Shown: one piece after another, positions 35,549 through 48,278 of the stretch | Layout of the letters: the number at the start of each line of letters is the position of its first letter | Numbering within the stretch: the first letter of the stretch is position 1 | DNA from: Eledone cirrhosa | Taxonomy: Eukaryota | Reading direction: 5' to 3' | DNA length: 64,000 bases | Assembly: GCA_964016885.1 (NCBI GenBank) | Contig: OZ024743.1 | Span: 86,118,001-86,182,000 of the forward strand | Made by a program: the position numbers and the translations under genes | The notes under the pieces: model-generated | Told to the model about the DNA's origin: nothing | Database searches by the model: none | Seen by the model: the letters and a program-made list of their open reading frames with translations, nothing else

Positions 35549-37340
35549 GTATGGGTGGCGTAAGCCTTCTGCTATCAGAGGGTTTTCGGCAAACGCTGCC
35601 TGTCATCCCTAAAGGGACAAGAGCTGATGAAGTGTGTGCCTGCCTTAAGTCGTCCATGTTGTGGCCCCAGGTGAAAATTTTGTACCTGAGCACAAATATG
35701 TGTGCTCATTTGCATGGGAGTGAGTTGGCGACATTTGGCTTACCATCAGAGAGGAAGCTAACACATTGGCGCCGGATTTGTTGCGGGAAACAGCATATGA
35801 CATCGAATCTCTTTTCCAATATTTAGAGGAAAATGAGCCCAAACTTCTGTCGGACCAAAGGTTGGCCTATTTAACTATCATTGACGCGGTTCAAAATCAG
35901 ACTGGGGGTATTTACTTTCTTGATGCTCCTGGGGGTACCGGAAAAGATTTTGTAACGAAATTGATTCTCGCTAAGATTCGTCAGGAGAAAAAATTGCGTT
36001 GGCCGTTGCATCATCCGGGATCGCTGCTACTTTGCTGCCAGGAGGCAGGACAACACATTCAACCTTTAAACTCCCCTTGGATTTAGTAAAAACTGAGACA
36101 CCAACATGCAATATCAGCAAGAGCTCACACGAAGCTCTGGTTCTCAAAAAATTTTGACTCATTGTTTGGGATGAGTGCACAATGGCACAGAAGGGTGCCC
36201 TTGAGGCATTGGACAGGACCCTGAAAGACATTAGGGATTCTACGGTTCCTATGGGTGGTGTAATCCTTCTGCTATCAGGGGATTTTCGGCAAACGCTGTC
36301 TGTCATCCCCAAAGAGACAAGAGCTGATGAAGTGCGTGCCTGTCTTAAGTCATCCACGTTGTGGCTCCAGGTGAAAACTTTGTACCTGAGCACAAATATG
36401 CGTGCTCATTTGCATGGTGACAACATGTCTGCAGTATTTGCTCAGAACATTTTAGCACTTGGTGAGGGCAAGGTCCTTTCGGATGACAAGGGCGGCATAG
36501 CAATCGACTTCCTGTGCAACATTGAGCAGCCCTTCTGACCTTTGGGAAGCAGTTTTTCCTAATGTCTCATCTTTAAAAACTTCGATTGGCTCAGCGAAAG
36601 AGCCATCCTTGCTCCGAAAAATGCCATAGTTAATTTTATTAATGAGCAGCTGATTGAGAAGATTGCTGGTAAAGAGCACATCTTCAAATCTATCAACCGG
36701 ACGTCAGACCCCGATGATATCGTTAATTATCCGGTTGAGTTATTAAATTCCCTTGAGCCCCCAGGGCTCCCACCTCACATTCTTAAGCTTAGGGTTAGCT
36801 GTCTCATTATGCTAATAAGGAACTTGCGCCCACCAAAGCAGTGCGACGGTACTCGCATGGTCGTCAAGTCACTGACGCCCCATTTGATTGAGGCCACCAT
36901 TGTAATGGGGTGCGGGAGAGGGGATAATGTATTCATTCCAAGGATGAACATTTTCCCCTCGGCATCAGATATTCCGTTCGATTTCCGGCGAACCCAATTT
37001 CCGGTGAGACCATGTTGTGCCATGTCCATTAACAAGTCACAAGGGCAAACATTGTCGGTGGCGAGCATCCATTTGGGGGAGCCACACTTCTCCCATGTTG
37101 CCTGTTCCCGCGTAGGGAGCAGGAATGCACTTTTTGCTTACACTCCTCAATTCGCTATTGGAAGATTATTATCCCATCATTGATTGTCCAAAATGCTAAT
37201 TGGTTCGTAACTTTTAATAACCGGTTCAACTGCTTTATGCACTTAATTGATAAGTTTATTTGCTTTCAAGCCACGTTTACCTGTATGTAACTTTTCATAG
37301 CAAATGAACAAACCCGAGCAATGTCGAGCTAAACTGCTAG
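35549..37340 (+). mobile_element. Helitron 3' part, decayed PIF1-like helicase
   Basis: DAPGGTGK, VWDECTM, GDFRQ, QFPVRPCCAMSINKSQGQT; 3' hairpin-like cccgagcaatgtcgag then CTAG|T at 37337-37340; internal duplication 35549-35717 ~ 36250-36417. Confidence 0.9.
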
Positions 37341-37502
37341 TACATTATATATATATAATATATATATTATATATATGTAATATGCATATTATATATATAT
37401 AATATATATATATATATTATATATATATTATATATATATTATACCTAAATACAAAGTAAACCTACTACAGTCAGTAGGCATCTCTAACAAAATAACAATA
37501 GG

Positions 37503-37667
37503 GTGGTGGATTGGCAGTATCGGTAGAGGGTCGGACGTCATGCTTTGACGCATAGAGTTACAGCCCTTTCCATTCTGAGTTCAAATCCCGCCAAGGTTAA
37601 CTTAAAATAAAGTACCAGTAATGTACTGGGAAATTGCTGGCCTTGTGCCAAAAGTAGAAACAATTAT
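37503..37667 (+). mobile_element. SINE family 2 (internally deleted)
   Basis: Same head and tail as 35068. Confidence 0.75.
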
Positions 37668-37992
37668 ATATATATAACATATATTATATATATATAATAT
37701 ATATATATTATATATATATTATATATATATATTATATATATATAATATATATATATTATATATATATAATACATATATTATATATATATATAATATATAT
37801 ATGTGTGTGTGTTTGTGAGTGGTGTGTGTGAGTGGTGTGTGTGATTGTATGCATGAATGAGTGTTGGTATGTGAGTGGCGTGTGTGTGGTTGTGGTTTGT
37901 ATGCATGAGTGTTGGTGTGTGAGTGTGTGTGTGTGTGCGTCGTGTCAATAATTTTTTTTTTTAATTTTAATTTAAAAAATTTTTTTTTTTTT

Positions 37993-40900
37993 TATGACCA
38001 TGCTGTAAAATGGAGGGGTAGAGAGGGCCCTTGAGTCTAGTAAGACATCCTCTCTAGTGCTGGTGGCACAAATAAAAGCACCCAGTCCATGCTGTAAAGT
38101 GGCGCTGGTGTTAGGAAGGGCATCCAACCAGTGTATCAATGCCAAAACGCTTATCAGCACAGCAACAAATAGGAACAACAACAAAATATGAAGACGTCGC
38201 ATCTCAGAATTGCAACACTTAATGTTGGCACTCTCAGAGGTAGATCTGCTGAAATAGCGGAGATGCTGGAGAGAAGGCATGTGGATGTGTGCTGCGTGCA
38301 AGAGGTGAGATGGAGAGGTGCCTCTGCGAGACTAGTCGTAGGCAAACGTCTTAGCTATAAGCTATTCTGGGTAGGTAAGGATGATGGGTTAGGGGGAGTA
38401 GGCATTTTCCTGGTTGAGAAATGGATCAATAAGACAATAGAGGTAGTTCGAGTTAGTAATCGAATAATTAAGCTTAGATTAGTTGTAGGTAGGAGACTAC
38501 TGACAATCATCTCGGCCTATGCTCCCCAAGCAGGCCTAGGCAAAGATGAGAAAGACTGCTTTTATGAGCAACTTTTGCAAACAACCGCAATGACAGAAAA
38601 CGGAAACATCGTTATGTTAGCAGGAGACTTCAATAGTCATGTTGGACAGCTCCAGGATGGTTACACTGGGGTACATGGTGGGCACGGTTACGGTTCAAGA
38701 AATGAAGAAGGAGTGAGACTTCTTGAATTTTGTGATGCAGGTACATTGACTATTTGCAACACAAACTTCCAGAAACCTGCCAATCACCTAATAACCTACA
38801 AATCTGGTGAGCACATAAGCCAGATTGACTTCTTACTAGTTAGGCAGCGGGACAGGCAGATAGTGTCTAATACCAAGGCATACCCTGGGGAAGAATGTAC
38901 CCCACAGCATAGGTTAGTTGTTAGTGATATCTCAGTAAGCAAGAGATGGAATGAGACATATAGGAAGGTGTGGAGAAGAAAGGTCTGGAAGCTAAAAGAC
39001 CTTTACTAAAATACAAATTTAGGAAAGCCCTTCAAGATGTATATGACGAAAAAGAAGACGATTTAGAGACGTATGACATAGATAATAACTGGAATTTCTT
39101 ACGTGACAACTTGCTGCAGGCTACTGATGAAACTTGTGGCTGGAGCAGAGCTCCAACCAGACAGAGAGTAACCTGGTGGTGGAACAGCACAGTAGATAAG
39201 GCTTTTAGAGACAAAAGACTAGCATGGAAGGCTTGGAAAAAGGGTGGGTGTAGGGAAGAATATACAGCCACTAAGAGAGAAGCTAGACGTCAGGTGTACT
39301 TAGCACGCAGGGAGGCAGAGAGTAGGAGGTTTGCCAATGTTCTGCGACGGGAAGATCAGAGGCGTGCGATGTTCCACATTGCAAGGCAGTGTGTCAATGC
39401 AAATCAGGATGTTGTTGGAGATAAATGTGTCCGGGATGATGCCGGTGTACTTAATGTCACGAATGATCAGAAAAAGGAGGCCTGGAAATGTCATTATGAG
39501 AGACTGATGAATGTGGAGGACAATGGGAGAGAGAGAAATTACCCTTGGTAGATCCGACAGAGGGACCAGCTATTGAGATTGATGAATATAGGGTCCAAGA
39601 GGCGATTAGGGAAATGAAAAATGGTAAGGCTGCCGGACCATCGGGAATAGTTGCTGAGATGCTGAAGGCATCAGGGGATGTAGGCACTAAACTGGTTGCA
39701 CGCATCATCAATCAGGCTATATTTGGTGGTGTCATACCCAAAGACTGGTGCAGCAGTATTCTCATAAATTGCTACAAAGGTAAAGGGGATGCTTTGGAAA
39801 GGAGCAATTATAGGGGTATAAAACTGATGGATCAGGTTATGAAAGTGGCAGAAAGGATTTTAGCACAACTAATTAGAGAAAGGGTCAAACTAGATGAGAT
39901 GCAGTTTGGTTTTGTGCCTGGGAAGAGTACAACAGATGCCCTCTTCTTGGTGAGACAATTGCAAGAGAGGTTCTTAGAGAAGAATAAGCCACTATACTTA
40001 GCCTTTGTTGACCTAGAGAAGGCCTTTGATAGGGTACCCCGATCTGTCATCTGGTGGTCCCTAAGGAAGCTAGGTGTTGAGGAATGGCTTGTGAGGACAG
40101 TGCAAACTTTGTACAGAGGTACTGTCAGTAAAGTCAGGGTAGGAATGGAGTTTAGTGAGGAATTCCAGATACAAGTAGTAGTACATCAGGGTTCGGTCCT
40201 CAGCCCGCTCTTGTTCATTATAGTCCTCCAAGCCATAACAGAGGAGTTTAAGACTGGCTGTCCATGGGAACTTCTCTATGCTGACGATCTGGTTCTTATA
40301 GCAGAATCAGTAGAGGAGCTAGAGAATAAATTCTGGCTATGGAAACAGCAGTTGGAAGCAAGAGGACTGAGAGTGAATCTAGCTAAGACAAAAGTGTTGA
40401 TGAGTAGAAAAGAGGACAAAACCCTGATTCCGTCAGGGAAATGGCCATGTTCGATATGCAGAAAAGGAACTGGCATAAATTCTATAAAATGCACACAATG
40501 CAGATCCTGGGTACATAAGAGATGTAGCAGGATAGCAGGCAAACTAACAGGTAGGGAGAAATATGTATGCAGTAGATGTACAGGGAAATTAGACAGTAGA
40601 AGTCGCATTGATAGACACATTTTTCAAATGCAGGAGGGCGCTATAGAAGTGGTGGATAGCTTCCGGTACCTAGGAGATCAGATTAGCATGGGAGGAGGGT
40701 GTTCCGAGGCCATAGTATCTAGAATAAGGACGGGTTGGAAGAAGTTTAGGGAGCTGCTTCCTCTGTTGACGAAGAAGGGTTTCTCCCTGCGTACGAAAGG
40801 CCGGTTGTATGATGCCTGTGTGAGGAGCGCGATGCTGCATGGTAGTGAGACATGGGCAGCAACTGCAGAGGATATGCGATGGCTGGAGAGAAATGAGGCA

Positions 40901-41278
40901 AGAATGCTCCGTTGGATGTGCAGTGTAAATGTGTGTGAACGACCCAGCATAAATGTGTTGAGAGAGAAACTATGTCTGAGAGGGATAGAATGTAGTGTAC
41001 GGGAGAGGAGATTGAGATGGTATGGACATGTGATGCGCATGGAGGATGACCGATGGGTGAAGAAGTGCCAGGAATTGCCAGTTGAAGGAAGACGTGGTAG
41101 AGGTAGACCACGAAAAACATGGGCGGAGGTGGTGAGAACAGACCTCAGATCATTGAAGCTCACGGTGGAGATGACGAGGGACCGTGACGAATGGAGAGAT
41201 GCTGTGCTGAATAAGACCCGTCCCACCCTTGCAAGCAGGGAAAAGCGGACGTAAAATGATGATGATGATGATGATGAT
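37993..41278 (+). pseudogene. RTE family C, near full-length, two frameshifts
   Basis: ORFs 38188-39009, 38970-39551, 39545-41254 together give APE+RT+PHD (40448-40579); very short 3' UTR and (GAT)n. Confidence 0.96.
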
Positions 41279-41292
41279 ATTATATATATATT

Positions 41293-41324
<32 letters not shown>

Positions 41325-41331
41325 CATTATA

Positions 41332-41386
<55 letters not shown>

Positions 41387-41809
41387 GGAAGGGAAGGAAC
41401 TGTGTACCAGGAAGTTGCAGAGATTATGGGCACACTTAAAGGTAGTGGTGTGCCCATTCTGGTACCCATGGCTACCCTATATATACATATATATATAGGC
41501 GGTGAATTGGCAGAGTCATTAAAATGTTGGATTGAATGAGTTGTGGTATTTGTTTCAACTCTCAGCAGACTGAGTTCAACTTTGCTTTTCATCCTCCAGT
41601 ACTGGAGTCATTTCATCGTCTATATCTCTTTTTCACTTCCTCTTTATCACTTTCTCCCCTTCTCTGGAAGAAATTAGTTGTGTTCAGACCTGGAGAAGGG
41701 ATCGACTCTGCCAAATTTAAAATGCCCAATAAATGTTGTTTGTCACTTGAGCACCCCTACAACTTCACCACGAGTTATGGGTTGATACATAAATCTAATA
41801 TTTATATAT

Positions 41810-41892
41810 ATGTTACTTTTACAGAAGCTACAACAGCTAATAATGCTTCAAATATCCTTTGGTTGTATCTCTTGCACAGTCCTACCAAGATG
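41810..41892 (+). CDS. Host gene exon 1: signal peptide MLLLQKLQQLIMLQISFGCISCTVLPR(W)
   Basis: ATG, open frame, donor TG|gtaagt (phase 2) that matches the next exon. Confidence 0.65.
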
Positions 41893-41899
41893 GTAAGTA

Positions 41900-41932
<33 letters not shown>

Positions 41933-41935
41933 GTC

Positions 41936-42125
41936 AGTGGATTGGCAGTATCGGTAGAGAGTCGGACGCCATGCTTTGCAGCATAGAGTTACGGCCCTTT
42001 ATGGTCTGAGTTCAAATCCCGCCGAGGTTAAGTTTGCCTTTCATTCCTACGGGGTTGATAAAATATAGTACCAGTAATACACTGGGATAATTGCTGGCCT
42101 TGTGCCAAAAGTAGAAATAATAATT
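41936..42125 (+). mobile_element. SINE family 2
   Basis: Duplicate of 35068 copy. Confidence 0.8.
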
Positions 42126-44290
42126 ATTATTATTGTTCTGTCAGTCTCAGTCATTGATGTTATTTAACTGGAAACTTTGTTGAAATGAATATCAAGCTGC
42201 TACCTGCAGCCTCATATTCAGGACGTATCGGAGGGTTCTTGCTGTTCCCAGCAAGCATGCCTTTTGAAGTGTTCCAAAACACGGGCCTGACTAATCTTCT
42301 TTAACCATCCTTGGAAACTCCTTGAGATAGTACCTAGTGCTCCTATGACAATCGGGACGACCTTGATCTCATGGCAGTTCCAAATCCTTTTTAACTCCCA
42401 CTTTAAATCCTGGTATCGGTTAATTTTCTCCCTCTCCTTTTCTTGCACTCTCATGTCAAATGGGCAGGCTACATTTACAATCAGGCACAATCTCTTTTCC
42501 TTGTCAAAAACCGCCAGGTCAGGTCTGTTGTGTTCTAATTTCTTGTCCGTCTGTATCCTAAAATCCCATAGCACCTTCACCTGATCATTTTCTATCACCG
42601 ACTCTGGCTTAAGCTCATACCACTTCTCAGAATGTGGTAAATTGTTTACTTTGCATCGGTGCCAGTGAATCACCCTGCCTATCACATCATGTCTCCAGCC
42701 TTTATAGTGAGTCTGGGCTAGCTGTTTACACTCAGATACAATGTGAGCCACAGTCTCCTCTCTCTCTCCACAGCTCCTACACAGTGAGCTAGCCTCCTGC
42801 TTGTCAATATGGTGTTTCACTCACTTTGTTCTGAGGGCTTGCTCTTGCACAGCCATTAGCATTCCTTCTGTAGCTTTTTTAAGGTCTCCTCTTTTTAACC
42901 AGTTCCATGTCTGTAGATCTCTGAATTCCGTTTTCTTAAAGAAGGTGTTATGAAGGGATTTTTCATTAAGGTTGCTCTTCCTCTTTGTTATTCCTTCCTT
43001 GGACGATAAGATCTCTTCTACCTTCAGATCTCTTTAAGTAGAATCTATCAACATCACTCCTTGTGGAACATGTTGTAGATAGTCATTAGCTTCCTAATCT
43101 TTCTATCCATTTCTTTTTGATCAGTAACATTCCATTTCAGAATTACCGCACTGTACCCAATAATAGACACAACTCGGGAATTTACTGCACTTATGACATT
43201 CCTACTATTTAGATGTGATTTTAGAATGTTTCTTATACTCCTTGTGTATTCAGATCTTATCAATTCCTTCATTTTTTTGTTCTTGATGTCATCTGCCTCC
43301 AGAACACCTAAATATTTGTATCCCTCTTCAGTGTCAATTTCCTTTTTTATCTCACCTATTGGTACCTGGATTCCATTGCTTCTACTCAATTTACCCTTCT
43401 TCATCACTAGGACTCCATTAACACCAAATTCCATACATATCATTGCTGAAAATACATCCAACTCCTTCTCACTCTTCCTAAAGAGTTTAAGATCGTCCAT
43501 GAAGAGAAGGTGGTTGATGGTAAGCTCTCCTCTTCCCAGCTTGTATCCTGCTCTCACGTTTCGCAATATGTGGGACAGGGGTATGAGGGTAAGGACAAAC
43601 AGCAAAGGGGACAAACTAACTCCCTGGAAGTACCTTTCTTGATCTTCACGCCTCCCAAGGATTCTCCACCTGATGTTAGCTCTGTTTCCCAGGACTTCAT
43701 ACTTTTACTTAATAGCTGTCTGATGTTGTCTGCCACCTTGAAGATCTCTAGGCTTTTGGTTATTCAAGAATGAGGTACCATGTTGAATGGCTTCTTGTAA
43801 TCTATCCATTCCATGGCAAGACCAGTATGCCTCCTCTTGCAATTCCTTATTACCATCTTATCAATAAGTAACTGGTCTTTTGTACCACGGGACTTTTTTC
43901 GGTATCCTTTCTGTTCATCCAGTAACAAGTTGTTTATGTGGAGGTGATAGTAAATTTCCTCAGACACAATGCTTGTTAACAGTTTCCACATTACGGACAG
44001 ACATGTGATCGGCCTATAGTTGGTAACCTCATTACCCTTGATTCAGTCTTTCATTACCAGAACTGTGGCACCTTTTGTCAACCGCTTTGGTACTTCACCC
44101 GACATCAAGTAGTCATTGAACATGGCTGTCAGTTTTAGGTGGAGGGATGTTATATTTTTTTATCCAATATTCTTGCAAACCATCTGGGTCTGGTGATTTC
44201 CAGTTGGTTAGTTTTTTGGCCTGCCCTTTAAGAGTTTCAGCTGTGATACTCAAATCAGGTTGTTGGTGTGCTTGTTCACTAATCTTGTGC
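42126..44290 (-). pseudogene. R4/Dong-clade non-LTR retrotransposon (RT + CCHC + restriction-like endonuclease), decayed and 5'-truncated
   Basis: EQKG...[35 protein letters not shown]...H...C, RHD, PDL, VPIVIGALG; (TAA)n 3' tail. Confidence 0.9.
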
Positions 44291-44517
44291 ATCTTTTGTT
44301 GTAGCACCATTACAACCACCTTACAAGGTGGAATGGGCATCTTTTGTTGTAGCACCAGTATGACCACCTTACAAGGTGGACTGGGTATCTTTTGTTGTAG
44401 CACCATTACGACCACCTTACAAGGTGGACTGGGTATCTTTTGTTGTAGCACCATTAAGACCACCTTACAAGGTGGACTGGGTATCTTTTGTTGTAGCACC
44501 AGTACGACCAGCTTACA
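44291..44517. repeat. 48-bp minisatellite (~4.7 units) related to the RTE UTR hairpin module
   Basis: atcttttgttgtagcacc at 44291, 44339, 44387, 44435, 44483. Confidence 0.9.
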
Positions 44518-44875
44518 GTTCAAGTATTGAGCTTTGTATGACTGACACAATGAATTAGAAAATTGAGCTGAAAGACTCTTTAACATCCTGCAATGATTTA
44601 GCAGGAAATAACTAAAAACAGGTTTGTTAATTCAAATATTTATAGTGTCTTTACTAGTAGACATATTGTTATGAAAATTTGCAATAAACTAAAGACTTTG
44701 CTTGGCAGCATTAGAATATAAACTTCAATTTTGAATATGTTGCAGTCATTGTTTTATACTTTTCAAGAATATCTTACTAATCTGGTTTCATGTGATACAT
44801 AACATTAAGAGTTAAATATTAAATATCTTCTAACCCATATTCTAAACACAGAAAGACTTTGATTTGACTTTGCAG

Positions 44876-45027
44876 GCAATACTTATCTATATTGGGTGAT
44901 ATTAAATATTGCTGTATATGTGACAAAGATTTTAGTAAAGATGATATCATTCAAGAATGTTATAGGAAGAATAAAGACGACCATACACTTTTGCCATTCT
45001 GCTCTTGTCAAGAGCAAAATATTCCTC
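44876..45027 (+). CDS. Host gene exon 2: Cys-rich extracellular module (6 Cys)
   Basis: gactttgcag acceptor, gtgagt donor, 152 nt, phase 2-1, QYLSILGDIKYCCICDKDFSKDDIIQECYRKNKDDHTLLPFCSCQEQNIP. Confidence 0.75.
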
Positions 45028-45059
45028 GTGAGTATAACTTTTGATCTTTACATAACACT

Positions 45060-45218
45060 CTGTGTGTGTGTGTGCATGTGAGTGTGTGTGTGCATGAGAG
45101 TGTGTGCAGTTGCGTGTGTGTGAGGGTGTGCGTGCATGTGTGTGTCTATGTGCATGTGTGTGTGTGTGTGTGTGTGCATGAGAGCGTGTGCAGTTGTGTG
45201 TGTGTGAGGGTGTGCGTG

Positions 45219-45261
<43 letters not shown>

Positions 45262-45370
45262 CTGTGTGCATGTGAGTGTGCATGTGTGTGTATAAGGGTG
45301 TGTGTGTACACGAGAGTGTGTGTGTGTATGTGAGGAAGTGTATGTGCATGTGTGTTCATGTATGTGTGTC
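45060..45370. repeat. TG-rich low-complexity/minisatellite
   Basis: Directly visible. Confidence 0.9.
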
Positions 45371-45896
45371 ACTGCCTATTTTTTCAGCATTTTATTAAGA
45401 TAATTATTATGATAACAGCTGTTCCAACACTTCTACCAAAAGACAAATAAAGCAGTTTAATATTGATCCATTTTAATGTGGTGGAATGGCAGAGTTGGTA
45501 GAGCGTCAGATAAAATCTCATTGTAAAATTTGTTCTGGCTCTTTACATTCTGGGTCCTCTATACTGTCTCTGTTATTGAAAAAATGTAGTCTTGTCTGAT
45601 TATCCTGTGAGTATGCAGGTGAAACTCCAAAGTAATAAGGTTCACTGCTTAGCCATAATAAATGAATATATATATATATATTTGTTTTGCAAGGTTTTTG
45701 ATATGAAATCGTGTGTTGAAACAAATATTGTTATACTTGGGGAGGGTCATATTGTTGTAATAATATTGCCAGAAATAATAACAGAACAGACTCACTGTTT
45801 GGTTGGTTTTCGCTTCTGTATCTTTTATATCTCCATAGTTAATTTATTTGGCAATGAATGTTTATCATTGATTGAGCAACGGTTAAAAATACAGAT

Positions 45897-46476
45897 CATC
45901 ATCATCATCATCATCATCATCATTTTACGTCCACTTTTCCCTGCTTGCAAGGGTGGGACGGGTCCTATTCAGCACAGCATCTCTCCACTTGTCACGGTCC
46001 TTCGTCATCTCCACTGTGAGCTTCAGCGATCTGAGGTCTGCTCTCACCACCTCCGCCCATGTTTTTCGTGGTCTTTCTCTACTACATCTTCCTTCAACTG
46101 GCATTTCTTGGCACTTCACCCATCGGTCATCCTCCATGCGCATCACATGTCCATACCATCGCAGTCTCCTCTCCCGCACACTACAATTTATTCCTCTCAG
46201 ACACAGTTTCTCTCTCAACACATCCATGCTCAGTCATTCACGCACATTGACATTGCTCATCCAACGGAGCATGCTTGCCTCATTTCTCTCCAGCCATCGC
46301 ATATCCTCTGCAGTTGCTGCCCGTGTCTCACTACCATGCAGCATCGCGTACCTCACACAGGCATCATACAACCGTCCTTTCGTACACAGGGAGAAACCCT
46401 TCTTCGTCAACAGAGGAAGCAGCTCCCTAAACTTCCTCCAACCCATCCTTATTCTAGATACTATAGCCTCGGAACA
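45897..46476 (-). mobile_element. RTE family C 3' fragment nested in the Penelope pLTR
   Basis: CSEAIVSRIR...TRPTLASREK and (GAT)n. Confidence 0.93.
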
Positions 46477-46499
46477 TATATAAATATATATATATAGTC

Positions 46500-46543
46500 T
46501 ATCAAAGTTCTTTCGTTGCACATCTGCAACATCATCAGTGGTA
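46500..46543 (-). ncRNA. Minimal type I hammerhead ribozyme in the Penelope pLTR
   Basis: tacca-CTGATGA-t-gttgca-gatg-tgcaac-GAAA-gaac-TT-tgata. Confidence 0.85.
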
Positions 46544-48247
46544 CTATTATGTTTCCTCCAATTTATTGTATTGTATTGTAATGTCTACGCCATTTTTATT
46601 TTATTCATTTATTTATTTCTTCTTGTCGCCGTCTCTGCGCATGCGTTTGCATGTGTGTATAATGTTTGGTGTATGTGTTCGCATTTGAGTGTATGTGTTT
46701 TGGTTTTTGTATTCTATCTTTGTTTACTAGTGTGTGTTTATATGTGTTTGTTGTTATTGTACTTGTGTATATATTTATTTATTTATTTATATTTTCCTTA
46801 AGTCAGTATTGTTTGTTTGGGTATGGTTGTTGCTATTCCATTCGTTTTTTCTGTTTAACTTTGGTTTTCTAAGCTCTATTTCACTTGCTTCTCTGATTTG
46901 CCTACATATTGAGTCATTTCTATGTTTAGATATTATTTTAATTTCTATGTTGTCTATATTACCATCATGTCTTTCTCTGTCATGTTCGTATAGTACTGAA
47001 CCGTTTTTTGTCCTTTTAATTCCTCCCTGTGCTGGTCTATTCTTTCTCCTATGCTTCGAGCTGTCTCACCTATGTATGTTGTTGTCATGTTTCTGCAAGT
47101 ACCCTCTGTACATCTTATGCTATAGACTACATTTCTAGTATCACAGTTTATCTAGGGGTTCATTTTACACATAACACATTTCTTATTAGTACAGTGGGTT
47201 TTCTGAAAGGGGTATGTTTTGCTGATCAGGGATTTTATGGTAGTTCCTGGCTTTTCTACCACTTTAATCTTTAAGTGGGTCTTTCTTAGGGCCTTTCTAC
47301 ATTGGTTAGCTAACCCCCCCCCCCCCCGGGGTAGCATCCACGAACATGACACTCTGGTATCTCTGGTTGTTGTACCATGAAGTGGTTTTCCCTATCTTAT
47401 GTTTAGTCCTATCTAAGCTATTCCATGATTTGCTCCTGTATAATAGGCAAATTCCTTTTGTGTCCATTTCTATGAGGGTCTTATACTTCTCCATGGCTTC
47501 TTTGTATACTCTGATTCTGTCTCTTTGGTTGTAGCCAGAGAACTGCATGCGGTTGATGAAATGTTGGATGTGTCTTTCCATTTCTGTTGGGTCGCACATG
47601 CGGGACACGTTCTTCATCACTCGTACCAAGTCTGCAATCAGAATATTAAACTTAGCATTACTGGACATTGCTGAGTTTTTGAGTATTAGATATTTGGAGG
47701 CCATGGGTTTAGCGTAGTGTGAGTGGAGAATTTGGGCTCTCTCGTCTATAGTGTTAATCCAGAGTTCCGTGTCTAATACAGGTAGTCTATTGTTAGAGTG
47801 TTTGGAAGGGTAGTCGATAGTTACAGTTATACTCTGGTGTATGGAATTAGCTGGATGCTTTCCATTGTGCTACGTTCTAAATCAAACTTGTTAGTGCTCT
47901 CTTGTGGGGATGTCCTTATTACTATATTGATGTCGTCTACGTAACGAGAGTACATGACAAGGTCTATGGAGCTGTCTTCAAGGAGTTATTTGAGTCTCCT
48001 TTCCCACCATACCATAAATAGATTGGCAACATCACCAGCTATGCTGATGCCAATGGCTGCTCCCTCATTCTGGGTGTAGATCTTTTCGTTAAATTTAAAC
48101 ATATGGCCCTTTAGGGTATTTTTAACACTAGCTCCTATTGCATGTGTGACCATTTTTCTCACCTGATCATTGTTTTTGGGTGTCCGCATAGCTTTGGTCC
48201 ATCCATTCCATCTTCCCATGGGAGTCTTTTTAGCTATTGAGGTTATG

Positions 48248-48278
<31 letters not shown>

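Noticed and set aside
35766-37183. Host PIF1 helicase gene
   Set aside because: Intronless, frameshifted and ends in a Helitron hairpin plus CTAG terminus.
38020-38130. HDV-like ribozyme at the RTE-C 5' end
   Set aside because: Known in some RTEs, but I could not build the nested P1/P2/P3/P1.1 pseudoknot by eye; needs an RNArobo or Infernal search.
44291-44517. CRISPR-like array
   Set aside because: Contiguous tandem units without unique spacers, no cas genes, eukaryotic context.
46545-46950. SECIS element for the Penelope element
   Set aside because: ATGA...GA candidates lack a convincing helix II.
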